Part shown: positions 26,881 to 40,379 of the stretch, piece after piece
Layout of the letters: each line of letters begins with the position of its first letter
Position numbering within the stretch: the stretch's first letter is position 1
Assembly: GCF_964194155.1 (NCBI RefSeq)
Contig: NC_135901.1
Span: 20,088,001 to 20,152,000, forward strand
Direction: 5' to 3'
DNA length: 64,000 nucleotides
Origin: Cetorhinus maximus
Lineage: Eukaryota
Notes under the pieces: model-generated
Seen by the model: only the letters and a program-made list of their open reading frames with translations
The model's database searches: none
What the model was told of the DNA's origin: nothing
Program-made: the position numbers and the translations under genes

Positions 26881-27129
26881 GTATCAGTGAAGCATATGGG
26901 GTCTTGGGCTTCATAAATAGTGGTACTGAGTACAAATACAGGGAAGTGCACCAACAGAGAGTTGTTCTGATCGGGAACTCGCTCCCTGAAAAGGTGCTAG
27001 AACCTGATTCTATGTTTAGCCTCCACCCACTCATCCTAGATTCCCCAACCAGTGGAAATAGTTCCTCTCTATCTATCCTGTCAGTTCCAATTAATATCCC
27101 AAAAACTTTGATCAAATCAGCTCTTAATC

Positions 27130-27880
27130 TTATAAATTCCAAGGATTACAACTTTCACAGTGAGGTGATGTATTTTATCAGGAGGAATAGGGAGAGGGAA
27201 AATATTATTCATGGCACAGCTCTAAAGAGTGAGCAGGGACAGAGGGACCTGGGGCTTCATGGCTTTGATCTCTGAAGGTGACAGAATGTATTACGAGAGT
27301 GGTTAGCAAAGCTGATTGGATCTTGAGCTTTATAAATAGTGATATTGAGAACAAAAACAGGGAAGTTATGCTGACTTCTTTATAAAGCTCTGGTTAGGCC
27401 ACAATTTGAGAATTGCATCCAGTTCTGGTCACCTCACTTTAGGGAGGATGTGAAGGTCATTTAGAAGGTGCAGAGGAGATTTACCAGAATGGTTCCTGCA
27501 AAGGAGGATAAGGGGAGATTGGTAGAGGTGTACGAGATTATGACAGGTTTAGATATGGTGGACAAAGAAAAGCTATTCCCATCAGCTGATCGTACAAGGA
27601 CTCGAGGACAGAGGTTTAAAATTTTGGGTAAAAGGTGCGGGAGATGTGAGGAAGAATATTTTTACAGTGAGTGGTAATGACCTGGAGGTTACTGCCTATG
27701 AGGGGGTGAAAATGGACATGGTAGCGATTTCAAAAGGAAATTGGACAGAAGCATGAGGAAAATAAACTTGCAAGGATATGGGGATAGAGCAGGGGAATGG
27801 GACTGAATGGATTGCTCTACATAACTGGCATGGACTCAATAAGCCTAATGGCCTCCTCTGTGCCATAATGACTCTGTGAC
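27130..27880 (+). mobile_element. CR1 LINE 3' fragment
   Basis: VQRRFTRMVP, LVEVYEIMTGLD, RTRGQRFK and a CR1 3' UTR. Confidence 0.85.
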
Positions 27881-28615
27881 TTTCTTGTGTAATCTCATTC
27901 TGTAATTTAACCCTTGGAGCTCAGATCACTCAGGTAAATCTGTGCTACACTCCCTCCAAGGCCATTCTATCCTTCCTGATGTTTGTTGCCCAGAACTGAA
28001 CACTGTTCTTCAGGTGGGCTCTAACCAGGGTTTGTGTGTCTCAGCAGTTTTCCAGTCACACCTGAAATCTTCTCAGAATCACACAGTGCAGAAGAGGCCC
28101 TTCGGCCCATCGAGTCTGCACCAACACATGAGCAACACCTGACTTACCTACCTAATCCCATTTATAAGCACTTGGCCCATAGCCTTGAATGTTGGTCAAG
28201 ATGTCAAGGCCCATTGGTCCCTAATGGGCCCTACTCTTTCCCTGGTTATCCTCTTCCCATTGGCATTGAAAAAAAAATTTAGATCCCTGCAGTTAAATCT
28301 TTCAGACACTGAATTGTAGATTTTTCACCAAATATCAATTTACAATTGTAGTAAAAGTTCATAATTTTATTGTCAAGGGGTTCCTACTGAAAGTTTTTGA
28401 AATTAAGGGGAAGGATCACAGATGGTGCTTTTTAAAAGGGACACTGCAGTCCTGAAAATCAGTGACATCTCCATAATATTAAACTCCAGCCAGTTATAGG
28501 GTTGTTAACATCAGCAGAAACAAAATATTGCCAGACTATCAATACTAAACCAGCTTACAAGCGGCAAGAACAGCAGGATCCAACCCCTGCAGTCACTTAT
28601 GAACTTGCTGATGTC

Positions 28616-29350
28616 TCAGGAGGCATTGTGCCTGAGTGAATCCCTTCCCACACACCAAGAGTTGAATAACCTCTTCTCAGTGTGAGTGCGTTGGTGGGTC
28701 AGCAGGTTGAAAGACTTTGCAAATCCCTTCCCACACAGCGAGCAAGTGAACGGCCTCTCCCCAGTGTGAACTCGCTGGTGTGCGGTGAGGTTGGATGACC
28801 GACTGAATCCTTTCCCACATACAGAGCATGTGAACGGTTTCTCTGCAGTGTGAGTGTGTTGGTGAGCAGTGAGGTTGGATGACTGCCTGAAACTCTTCCC
28901 ACAGGAAGTGCAGCTAAATGGCTTCTCCTCAATGTGGATTTGCTGGTGTGACAGCAGGTGGAATGACCCAGTGAATCCTTTCCCACACACAGAGCAAGTG
29001 AACAGCCTCTCTCCAGTGTGAACTCTCTGGTGTGTCAGAAGGTGGAATGACTGAGTAAATCCCTTCCCACATTCGGAGCAGGTGAATGGCCTCTCCCCAG
29101 TGTGAGTGCGTTGGTGTACAGTGAGTGCTGAAGAGTGCCTGAACCTCTTTCCACAGGAAGTGCAGCTGAATAGCTTCTCCTCAGTGTGAATTCGTTGGTG
29201 TGACCAAAGGCCAGATGACTGAGTAAATCCCTTCCCACACACAGAGCAGGTGAATGGCCTTTCCCCTGTGTGACTGCGTCGATGGTTTTCCAGCAGGGAT
29301 GGGTAACTGAATCCTTTCCCACAGTCCTCACATTTCCACGGCTTCTCCAT
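28616..29350 (-). CDS. C2H2 zinc-finger protein G4, 8 intact fingers plus a frameshifted ninth (possibly an incipient pseudogene)
   Basis: [17 protein letters not shown]...; last finger out of frame near 28660; canonical upstream acceptor mutated (ACAG to CCCG at ~29710). Confidence 0.65.
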   Translation of the reverse strand: MEKPWKCEDCGKGFSYPSLLENHRRSHTGERPFTCSVCGKGFTQSSGLWSHQRIHTEEKLFSCTSCGKRFRHSSALTVHQRTHTGERPFTCSECGKGFTQSFHLLTHQRVHTGERLFTCSVCGKGFTGSFHLLSHQQIHIEEKPFSCTSCGKSFRQSSNLTAHQHTHTAEKPFTCSVCGKGFSRSSNLTAHQRVHTGERPFTCSLCGKGFAKSFNLLTHQRTHTEKRLFNSWCVGRDSLRHNAS

Positions 29351-30049
29351 AGCGTGGGTGTCCTTGTCTCTCTCCAGGTTGAATGATCAGTTGAAGCCTT
29401 GTCCAAACACAGAACACGTGTACAGTTTCTCCTTACTGTGAACGATGTGATGCTTTTTCAGGCTGTTTAACTGGTTAAAGCTCTTTCCACAGTCAGTTCA
29501 CTGAACACTCTCACTCAGGTGTGAGTGTGTGTCTCGGTGTTTTTCCAGTGACACTGAAGTTCAAAATCTTTCCCCACTGACAGAACAGACAAACATTTCT
29601 CCTTCCACATTCAAAGTCTGAGGATATTCAGGTTCTGGTGAATCGAGTGACTCTGTCAGAAGATGTTTGGTTTGAGTTTCACATCTGCAAATCCTTCCCT
29701 TCTAATACCCGGGAAAACGAGTTTATAAAAGTCATCACTGTCAGTCCAGGATGGAAATTCAGAACAGACAATTCTAATTTTAATGGAATATTGTTTTCTC
29801 TCTTGTTCCCCACAAAGCTGTAAATCCCCGTCCCACACACTCTCCCTCTTTCCTGGGCTGAAATCCAAACCCATCTCACCATCTCCACCATTTCTTTCCT
29901 CCACTCCCAGTTTTCTCCCTCCCTCTCCTCTGCCTGGGTTCAGTTCTCCAGCTCCTGTCTGCAGACTGACAATAAAATCAATGAATTAATCATTTTCCCT
30001 CCTGGTCACAGACACCCTCAAGCCCCATCCACTCTCTGTTGCATCATCA

Positions 30050-30230
30050 AGGTGGCCAAACATGCGTCTGCTCCCAGATGAACCAAGATGCCAGCCGTTA
30101 ACCTGGGCCTGCACCTGGGAAGAAGCCCCAGAGCTGCAAACGCAGGACCTGCAGGCTCTTACTGGGGGTTTGGGGTCTTCAATGGGTGTTTCTGAATCCT
30201 CCACGCCCACCTCCCAGGGTTTCCTTCCGT
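30050..30230 (-). promoter_or_regulatory. Decayed copy of the ZNF promoter-proximal cassette
   Basis: CAAGATGCCAGCCGTTAACCTGGGCC...GCAGGACCTGCAGG aligns with 10160-10240 but is CpG-depleted and the YY1 site is mutated. Confidence 0.55.
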
Positions 30231-30949
30231 CCCAGAGATCAGAGTCCTCACTGATTTCAATTGCTGAACCCTCTCCCTGGCTTGACTGTACTGAGTTTCC
30301 ATACATACGAACATTGGAATTAGGAGCAACAGTAGGCCATTCGGTCCTTCAAACCTGCTCCACCATTTGATAAGATCATGGCTGATCTGATTGTGGCCTC
30401 AACTCTATTTTCCTATTTATCCCCTATAACCTGCGACTCCTTTGTCAATCGACAATCGATATAGCTCAGCCTTGAATATATTCAATGACCCAGCCCCACT
30501 GGTCTCAGGGGAAGAGAATTCCACAGCCTATTGGCCCTCTGACAACGTGTGATAATGAGCTGGAACTTGCTGCCTATGAGGTGGGTGGCAATGAACGTGG
30601 TGATTGATCTCAAAAGGAAATTGGATAAACACTTGAGGGAAATAAATCTGCAAGAATACAGGGATAGAGCAGGGCAATGGGACTGACTGGATTGCTCTGG
30701 AGAGCTGGCATGGACTCAATGGGCCGAATGGCCTCCTCTATGTCATAATGTCTCTGACTCTTGTGTGCAATCTCGCCTTGTAATTTAACCCTTCGGGTTC
30801 GGATATTATTCAGGTAAATCTGTGCTACACTCCCTCCAAGGCCATTCTATCCTTCCTAAGCTTTGCTGCCCAGAACTGAACACAGTTCTCCAGGTGTGCT
30901 CTAACCAGGATTTGTGTGTGTCGGTGCTTTTCCAGTCACACTGCTTCAG

Positions 30950-33180
30950 GATCACAGAATAATTACAGCACAGAAGGAGGCCATTCGGCCCCTTGTGTCT
31001 ATTCTGGCTCCCTAAAGGAGATATCCATCTGTGCCACTCCCCTGCCTTCTCTCTGTAGCCCCTCATATCCTTCTTTTTCAAACAATACTATCATTTCCTC
31101 TCGAATGCCTCGATGGAATCTGCCTCCATCACACTCTCAGGCAGTGCATTCCAGAGTCTAAACACTGGCTGTGTGATAAAGTTTTTCTCATACGACCATT
31201 ACTTCTTTCCCCAATCCCCTTCAATCTGTGCCCTCTGAATCTTCATCCTCCCACCAATGACAGCAGCTTTTCCCTGTTCACTCTGTCCAGGCCCCTCATT
31301 ACTTTGAACACCTCTATCAAATCTCCTCTCAACCTTCTCTTCTCCAAGGAGAACAGTCCAGACTTCTCTAATTTATACTTGTAACTGGTTCCAGAGATGA
31401 GGGACTTCATTCTCATGAATCTTTTCTGCACTCTCTCTCATGCCTTCACATCCTTCCCAAAGTGTGGTGCCCAGAAATAGACACAATACCCCAGTTGAGG
31501 CCGAACCAGTCTTGTATCCAAGTTTAACATAACAACTTTGCTCTTGTACTCAACGTCCCCATTAATAAACCCCAGGATACTGTGTGCTTTACGAACTGCT
31601 TTCTCAACCTGCCCTGCCACCTTCAACATATACACATATACATCCAGGACCCTCTGCTCCTATACCCACTTTAGACTTGTATTCTTTCTTTTCTATTGTC
31701 TCCCAGCGTTCTTCTGACCAAAATGAATCACATCACACTTCTCTGCATTACATTTCATCTGCCACTTGTCCACCCTATCTACCAACCTGTCTACGTCCTT
31801 TTGAAGTTCCACACTATTGTCCTCACAGTTCACAATGCTTCCAAGTTTTGTAATGTTTGTGAATTTTGAAACTGAGCCCTGTATACCAAGGTGTAGATCA
31901 TTAATATTTTTTCAGGAATAGCAGAGCTCCTAATGCTGATCCCTTGGGAACTCCACTATAAATCTTCATCCAGTCCGAAAAAGAACCATTAACCACGACT
32001 CTTTGTTTCCAGGCACTCAGCCAATTCCGTATCCATGTTGTTACTGTCCCTTTGATCACATGAGCTATAACTTTTCTCACAAGTCTGTTGTGCGGCACTT
32101 TATCAAATGCCTTTTGGAAGTCCATCTACACCACATAAACAGAATTACCCTCATCACCCCTCTCTGATGCCTCATCAAAAAACTCAAGCAAGTTAGATAA
32201 GCCAGTTCTGAGAAAGAGTCATATCAGACTCGAAACATTAACTCTGTTTCTCTCTCTACAGATGCTGCCTGACTTGCAGAGTTTTTACAGAATTTTCTGT
32301 TTTTATTTTAGATAAACATGATTTGCCGTTATTAATTTTGTCCTGAATTATCGTTTCTAGAAGCTTCCACACCACAGAAGTTAAACTGATAGACCTGTAG
32401 TTGCTGAGCTTATCTTTAGACCCTTTCTGAACAAGGGTGGAACCTTTGGAATTCTCCAGTCCTCTGGCATCACCCGAGTATAAGGAATACTGAAAAGTTC
32501 TGGCCAGTGCCTTCGCACTTCCCACTCTCACTTCCCTCAGTATCCATGGATGCAAAACATCCTGGTACATTGTCCATTTGAAGTACAGACAGCCTATCCA
32601 ATATCTCATCAAATTTAAACCATTCAGGGGTCTCATCTACCTCCTCTTTCACCATGACCTGTGCAACGTCTTTTTCTTTAGTAAATACAGGTGCAAAGTA
32701 TAAATTTAATACCTCAGCCATACCCCCTGCCTCTATGTGTAAATCACTTTGTGGTTCCTAATCAGCCTCACCCATCCCTTTATCATCCTTTACCTATTTG
32801 TATGTCTATAGAAGACATTTTAATTTCTTCCTATGTTAGCCATCAATCTCTTTTCATACTCTCTCTTTGCTTCTCTTAATTGTTTTTCCAATTCTGTTCT
32901 GAACATTTCTTACTCATTTTGGTTCTATTTTACACCTGGCATCTGCAATAGAGCACACTTTTTCTTCTTCATCTTAATCTCTGTTGTTTTTGTCATCGCA
33001 AGAGCTCTGGATTTCTTTCCCCTATCTTTTGCCTCGTGGGAATGTACCTTGACTGTGTCCAAACTATCTCTTTTTTCAAGGTAGCCAATTTTTCAGTTTC
33101 AGTTTCACCTGCCAACCTTTGATTCCAACTTAACTGGGTCAGATCCATTCTTACCCCACTGAAGTTCATTATTCTCATGC
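30950..33180 (-). mobile_element. CR1 LINE (RT and 3' end) inserted into a ZNF exon leader
   Basis: [60 protein letters not shown]. Confidence 0.9.
32204..32243 (+). ncRNA. Degenerate minimal hammerhead-ribozyme-like motif in a ~107-bp Penelope-derived insert
   Basis: AGTT-CTGAGAA-AGAGTC..GACTC-GAAA-CATT-AACT; insert flanked by TTAGATAA at 32193-32200 and 32308-32315. Confidence 0.5.
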
Positions 33181-33184
33181 TTAC

Positions 33185-33490
33185 CTGAAATCTTTGCCTA
33201 CAGACAAGCTGTTTCACTTCTACATTCAAACTTTGGTGATATTCAGGTTCTGATGAATCGAATGACTGTCAGATGTTTGGTTTGAGTTTCCCGTCTGTCA
33301 ATCCTCCACTTCCAGTGTCCTGTAAGTTTACAATAACCATCACTATAAATCCAGGATGGAAACTGAGAAGGGACAAACATTTCTCTTGGTTTGAGTTTGC
33401 TGTGTGTAAATCCTCCCCTTCTAACCCCCTGTAAAAGGAGCTTCCAAAATCCATCCCTCTCAGTCCAGGATAGAAATTCATAACATTCTC
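33185..33490 (-). pseudogene. Truncated ZNF exon leader (two tandem acceptors); finger array lost
   Basis: Matches the leaders of G4 and G8; continuation found at ~30910-30945 beyond the CR1. Confidence 0.6.
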
Positions 33491-33499
33491 TCCTCCTGC

Positions 33500-33980
33500 T
33501 ACCAGGGACAGGGATGACCGCGCATGCGCCCTGCTGCACAAGATGGCGGCCGTTAATCCGGGCCTCTCACCGAGGGACGCGGATCGGGGCAACTGCCGCC
33601 CACAGATACCAGCGAGGAACCGATAGCTTGTTATTCTGGCTTCAGAATGTCTCAAGGTGTTTACGAAACCTGCCCGTCCACCCGCCGGCTGCATCTCTCC
33701 CTCAATTCCGCCCTTTATCTTACCGGCTGCGGACCTGACAAACAAGCAGCTTTCCTTCGTCCTCACTCACACTACGCATGCTCCAAACTCGAGCCGGGAT
33801 TGCATTTGCGTACTGATGTCTAGCTCCAGCAACTATTGCGTATGGTTCCGTCACAATGCCCGGGTGATTGACTGGACCAATAGGAAGAGGTGCAGAACCA
33901 AAGGGGTGCGGCTGGCTCTCCAACCAATCGAAGTGAATGAGGGGCGGGGCTGAACGAGGATCTCCCTCATTGGCTGAAAC
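33500..33980 (-). promoter_or_regulatory. CpG-island promoter P4
   Basis: NRF1 at ~33519-33528, YY1 at 33539-33550, donor CG|GTAAGA at ~33724; CCAAT/GC-box block 33850-33975 paralogous to 14828-14945. Confidence 0.7.
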
Positions 33981-34369
33981 TCTGCATCATTTTGAAAAAT
34001 GATTTGTCTCAAACTCCAGGAGAAAACTGGACCTTTCTGTTTGTGGCTTTGAACAGATGAAATCCTGTGGGTGTGTGGCAAATATTTCAACATTTGTCAC
34101 TGAAATGTGGGAACATGATGAAACAAGGCACAAACTTAAAGGAATAACTGGGCAGACAGGGAATGTCACCACAACAAGGGGAGTCCTTGGTTTCATTAAA
34201 TGAACCGGCAGGAGGGTTCGGACAGGTCAGGGAGAAGGTTAATATTCAGAACAACACAGAATGTAAAGGAAAAACTGGTCTCAAAGACAATTTGTTGTAA
34301 TGTGGAGGGGATGTGCTGAATCAGGTTGAAAGAGGTTAAACATGTTTTCTATATTGCACAATCACATCA

Positions 34370-34700
34370 AAGCTTCAAAGATGAGACATGAAAGCCTTCG
34401 ACATTAATCATGACAAGTGGGAAGCTAACTGATGATTGATGCAATTGCAAACACCAGCTGTGGGCAGGAGTTCACCACCACAGCGACATGTGGTTTCAGA
34501 AACTCCAACACAGACAAACAAGGTGTCAGCAGAGATCATCCCACAACACGAGTCAGGAATACCTTCATACGAGGCACTTTTGCCTTTATAGAATCGGCTT
34601 GTTCAGCCATCAGATGAAGTGTAGCAGATCATCTCATCTGATCTCACCAAAGTTCTGAGGCTGCATTCCCATCATCTCTCACAGATGGACAGATGCTAAA
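34370..34700 (+). mobile_element. Possible RTE-clade LINE 3' remnant
   Basis: KAFDINHDKWEA and a downstream LFSH-like motif resemble RTE C-termini; heavily decayed. Confidence 0.35.
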
Positions 34701-36889
34701 CATATGGGACAATCACATTAAAATCTGGAACTCAGATGGGGATAAGGATTGGTGGTAGGTGGGAAGGTCTGGATCAATGTCTTACTCCAGGAAGCTTTAA
34801 AATCAGAATGACAGCATGTCAGAAATTATTCCTGTGATATCAGTGATCCCATTCCTATCTGTTAGTAAGACCGATGGAAGTATTTAGTGGAGACAGTTGC
34901 ATGCTGGAGGATGATGTACACAAGGGTTTTCTGAACTGAGGATAATAGTGAGGGGAAAGGATGGGATCTTGAAAGAAAACAGACTCTCCATGTTGTTAGA
35001 AAGGAAGTGGGACCTTCCACTTGGTTTGACACAACACACACATACACAAACCCACATGGGTACACTTCCTATCGATCAGGTGGACCAGGTTTTGCCTCAC
35101 ACCGCCAACCCGAATACTGACTAAGACTGGCGATAAAGTATCAGTGTCTGTAAGGACTAAAAAGTTATAGAAATTCAAGTAAACATCACCCTCCAGGGAC
35201 TCAAAGCAGTTTTGACTATCTAATTCCAGCACTTTCTCTGAACCCTAATCTATAATGGACAACATCTTGAACAGACATAATGATAAAAAGCTAAGCCACC
35301 AATAGATATTAGGTGGTCTATGGCCACTCTGGTGATCAGCCCTGGTGGGAGATTTTAGACAATACAGAACATCTTTGCATAATTGCAGCCTCTACTTTCC
35401 TATTGGTATTACAGATAATTCCCCTTATATTGATGGTCTCGGTGAAGGTCAGGCCACAGAGCAGAATGGATGAAAAGATGGCTCCAAACTCCCTGTAAAT
35501 CTAATCCTCTGATTTCGGTTTTGTAGCCATCTTTCCATCCATCTGCTGCCTGGCCCTTCACTTCACACAGGCTGATCTTGGTCACCTTGTACACACTGTT
35601 ATGGATAACAAGCGGGTTACAAAACAGAAAACAGAGAGAAGAGGTTAAGAGTAGTGACTCAGACTGGTAAAAGGTGGGAATTGATGTTCCACAGGGAGCA
35701 ATGCTGGGACCACTGTTATTCAAATTTATATAAACGATTTGGACTCAGAAATCAGAAACCCAATTTTAAAATTTGGGAGCAGAATTACAGCAAATCACAG
35801 ATAAGAATTCCCAGTTAATAAAACTTTGTTGTACAGTTCATTAAATCTTTAATTCAGTAGCAGAGTGAACAATGACATGAGGAAGTGATGAACTGATTTA
35901 TTTATGAATTAATTGATTACCAAATTGGGAAGTACAGTTAATACGGAGGAAGACTGCAACAAAATCCTGGGATCTAACACAGACACATCAATATAGCAGG
36001 GAATTCTTGGAAACACAGTGCAGGTCCTTCTTTATCTGGAGATCAAATGTCTGTTGTATAATTGTCCCAGGAGTTAAAAGGATCCTGTGAATTCCTCCTT
36101 GTGTTATTTAATACAGACTTCACACTATTTATTTTTAGCTACATTTTACTATGTTAAAGGTGCTATGTCAATACAAGTTGTTGTTGACATTGGCTTAAAG
36201 TAGTGGACTCAGGACTGTCACCAATAAACCTTAAAAACTTCACAGAATAATCACCACAGTCATTTTTAAACTGGAGGCTTATTCCTGCCATTTCAGTTTC
36301 AGTCAGGAACAGAGCACAGTTTTACACCAATCTCTGACTTAACAGCACGTTTCCAGACTGCCTGACTCAGGTTGTACAACCACAGTTGTAAAGGAGCCTT
36401 CTGCTCTCTGCCTAGCAGCTCTGAAACACGATGGTTACAAAACAGAAATCAGAGGGTTAGATTTGCAGGGAGTTTGTATTTTTCCATCCATTTTTCTATG
36501 TGGCCTTGGACTCCACAGCCTGACCTTGGTCATCTTTAGGCTGTACGTACTGCATAGAAGTGGCTGTGACACATTTCTCACACACCTCAGGAGTAACCCA
36601 CATGTGGGTTTTGCTGTCACTGAAGAAATATGAGAAAGACCAAAGTGTCATTTGTCCCTTTCAGTATGACCCTAAAGGACTGCATCCAGGCTGAAGTTCT
36701 GTTCCTGCCGTATGATCCTCCCCCAGATTGTCCTTTCTGAGCTCCAGCCAGGTGATGTTAAACACTCAGATGGGAAAGACAAAAATCTACAACAATGTGT
36801 GAAAAACAAAGTTTGACATGCTATGTGACATTTATCCAGAATATTAAACAGCAGCCCATTGAAATGGTTTATTAACTTATATACAAACA

Positions 36890-38785
36890 TACGAATTAGG
36901 AGCAGGAGTAGGCCACTCAGCCCCTTGGGCTTGTTCCGCCATTCAATAAGATCATGGCTGATCTGATTGTAATCTCAACTACACATTCCTGCCAACCCCG
37001 ATAACCTTTCACCCCTTGCTTATCAAGAATCTATCTACCTCTGCCTTAAATATATTCAAAGACTCTGTCTCAACTGCCTTTTGAGGAAGAGAATTCCAAA
37101 GTCTCACAACCCTACAAGAGAAAATGGGCGACCCCTTAAACAGTGGCCCCTAGTTCAAGATTCTCTCAGAAGAGAAAACATCCTTTCCACATCCACCTTG
37201 ACAAGACCACTCAATATCTTATGTGTTTCAATCAAGTTGCCTCTTACCCTTCTAAACTCCAGTAGATACAAGCCTAGTCTGTCCAATCTTTCCTCATAAG
37301 ACAACCCACCCATTCCTGGTATTGATCAACTAAACCTTCGCTGAACTGCTTCCAATGCATTTACATCTTTCCTTAAATACTACACATAGTACTCCAGATG
37401 TGGGCTCACCAGTGCCCTGTATAACAGAAGAATAACCTCCCTACTCTTGTATTCAATTTCACTTGCAATGAACGATAACATTCTTTCAGCTTTGCTAATT
37501 ACTTGCTGTACCTGCACACTAACCTTTTGCACTAGGACACCCAGATCCCTCTGAATCTCAGAGCTCTGCAATCTCTCACCATTTAAATAATATGCCTCTT
37601 TTTTATTCGTCCTGCCAACATGGACAATGTCACATTTTCCCATATTATACTCCATTTGCCAGATTTTTGCCCACTCACCTAACCTATTTGTATCCTTTTG
37701 TAGCCTCCTTATGTCCTCTTCACAATTTATTTTCCTACCTATGTGTCATCAGAAAATTTAGCAATCACGCCATTGGTTCCTTCATCCAAATCATTTATAT
37801 AAATTAAAAAGAGTTGAGGTCCCAGCACTGATCCTTGTGGCACACCAATCGTCACATCCTGCTAATCAGAAAAATACCCATTTATGTCTACTGTCTGTTT
37901 CCTGTTAGCTAGCTAATTTTCTATTCATGTCAATATGTTACCCCCTACACCATGAGATTTCATTTTCCGCAATAACCTTTAATGAGGCACCTTATCAAAT
38001 GCCTTCTGGAAATATAGGTACAGTACATCCACCAGTTCTCCTTGATCCACAGCACATATTACTTCTTCAAAGAGCCCCAATAAATTGGTTCAGCATGATC
38101 TCCCTCTCACAAAACCTTGTTGACTCTGCCTGATTAAACTTGAAGTTATCTAACTACTCTGTAATAACGTTTCTAACATTTTCCCTATGACAGATGTTAA
38201 GCTAACTGGCCTATAGTTTCCTGCTCTCTGTCTCCCTCCCTTTTTGAATAAAGGAGTTACATTTCCTATTTTCCTATCTGATTTTCCTATCCTTCTCCGA
38301 ATCTAGCGGATTTTGGAAAATTAAAACCAATGCATCAACTATCTCACCAGCCACTTCTTTTAAGACCCAAGGATGAAATCCATCAGGACAGGGGGACTTG
38401 TCAGCCTGCAGCTCCAACAATTTGCTCAGTACCACTTCCCTGGTGATTGTAATTTTCTTGAGCTCCTCCCTCTTTTCCAATTCCTTATTCATAGCCATTC
38501 CTGGCATGTTACTTGTATCCTCTATCGTGAAGACGATGCAAAATATCTGTTCAATTCATCTGCCATCTCCTTATTTTCCATTATTAACTCCCCAGACTCA
38601 CTTTCTATAGGAGCAACCCTCACTTTGTTAACTCTTTTCATTTTTAAATATCAATATTTACTTTTACTATCTGTCTTTATATTTCTACCTCACTTTCTCT
38701 CATACTCTTTATTAATCTTTCAGTCATTCTTTTCTTTTTTTAAATTCTGTCCAGTCTTCTGAACTGCCACCCATCTTTGCACAAT
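36890..38785 (-). mobile_element. CR1 LINE inserted in the 3' UTR of G5
   Basis: DKSPCPDGFHPWVLKEVA, MEYNMGKCDIVH, LYRALVSPHLEY; ZNF 3' UTR sequence resumes on both sides. Confidence 0.9.
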
Positions 38786-38883
38786 TATATTTCAGCAGAA
38801 ACAAACTCCAGCTGTCAGAATGAAAGAATTCAATCCTGAACAGGATTAACAGCAACAGTAACCACAGATTTCAATCCCCATAG

Positions 38884-39753
38884 TCACTTGTGAACTCGCT
38901 GATGTGTCAGCAGGGTGGATGACTGAGTGAATCCCTTCCCACACACGGAGCAGGTGAATGGCCTCTCCCCAGTGTGAACTCGCTGGTGTGTAATCAGATC
39001 CTTTTTACTTTTAAAGGTCTTCTCACACTCAGAACATTTAAAAGGTCTCTGATCAGTATGAACAAGTTGATGTGTCAGAAGGTGGGATGACCGAATGAAT
39101 CCCTTTCCACACATGGAACATGTGAATGGCCTCTCGCCAGTGTGAACTCGCTGATGTGTCAACAGGTCAGATGAATTGGTGAATCCCTTCCCGCACATGG
39201 AGCAGGTGAATGGCCTCTCCCCAGTGTGAATTCGCTGGTGCGTCAGTAGTTTGGATGGTCGATTAAATCCCTTGCCACAGATAAAGCAGGTGTATGGACT
39301 TTCCCCAGTGTGAATTCTCTGGTGATTCAGAAGCCTGGATAATTGATTAAATCCTTCTCCACACAAGGAACAGATAAACAGACTCTCCCTCGTGTGAATG
39401 CGCTGGTGTGTCAGCAGGTAGGATGACTGAGTGAATCCTTTCCCGCACACGGAGCAGGTGAACAGCCTCTCTCCACTGTGAGTTTGCTGGTGCCTCTGAA
39501 AGTTTGATGAATGACCGATTGCCTTCCCACACACAGAGCAGATGACTGAACTCTGCTCAGTGTGAAATTGCTGGTGTCTCAGAAGGTTGGATGAATTAGT
39601 GAATCCCTTCCCACACACGGAGCAGGTGAACGGCCTCTCCCCAGTGTGACTGCGTTGATGAATTTCCAGCTTTGACGGGGAACCAAATCCCTTCCCACAG
39701 TCCCCACATTTCCATGGTTTCTCCATAGTGCCGGTGTCCTCGTGCCTGTCCAT
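38884..39753 (-). CDS. C2H2 zinc-finger protein, 10 tandem fingers (gene G5)
   Basis: Intact ORF; ATG at 39753 or the family-conserved ATG at 39726 (MEKPWKC); ends HQRVHK*. Confidence 0.9.
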   Translation of the reverse strand: MDRHEDTGTMEKPWKCGDCGKGFGSPSKLEIHQRSHTGERPFTCSVCGKGFTNSSNLLRHQQFHTEQSSVICSVCGKAIGHSSNFQRHQQTHSGERLFTCSVCGKGFTQSSYLLTHQRIHTRESLFICSLCGEGFNQLSRLLNHQRIHTGESPYTCFICGKGFNRPSKLLTHQRIHTGERPFTCSMCGKGFTNSSDLLTHQRVHTGERPFTCSMCGKGFIRSSHLLTHQLVHTDQRPFKCSECEKTFKSKKDLITHQRVHTGERPFTCSVCGKGFTQSSTLLTHQRVHK

Positions 39754-40379
39754 GTTGGATGGTCAGACCAAACCTCGTACACAGTTTATCCCTGCTGTGA
39801 ATGATTAGATGTTTTTTCAGGCTGTGCAATTGGTTAAAACATTTCTCATTAAAGGTTCATTGATATCCAGCACCTGATGTATTGACTGAATCTGTCAGAT
39901 TTTGATGTGATTTTTGGTTTGAGTTTCCTGTGAGCAAATCTTCCTGTTCACTTCCTTGAACTGCTGTAGTCCATGTGGTGTCGGCGCTGTTAGGAAAGGA
40001 GTTCCAGGATTTCGACCCAGCGACAATGAAGGAACGACAATATATTCCCAAGTCTGACTTATGATGGAAGAAAGGTTATTGATAAAGCAGCTGAAGATGG
40101 TTTGGCCTAGGATACTGACCTGATATCCTCCAGCAGTGATGTCCTAGGATCGAGATAACAAAGAATAAAAAAAAATTAAACTGATAAATGTTAAATTGTG
40201 TTGTTGATAAAAGAGATACTCATTTAATTTTTCAGAGATGACTGATTTCCCAGGGGTTCACTCTGACTCCCCTGACTGACTGACTCAGGGTCCAGTACTC
40301 AATCCCCCCGATTGGTGACAACTCGCTGCTCCTTTGCTCCTCCGGCCTCTGAGCTCCTCTTGCTGTTGTTTCCCAGGAC

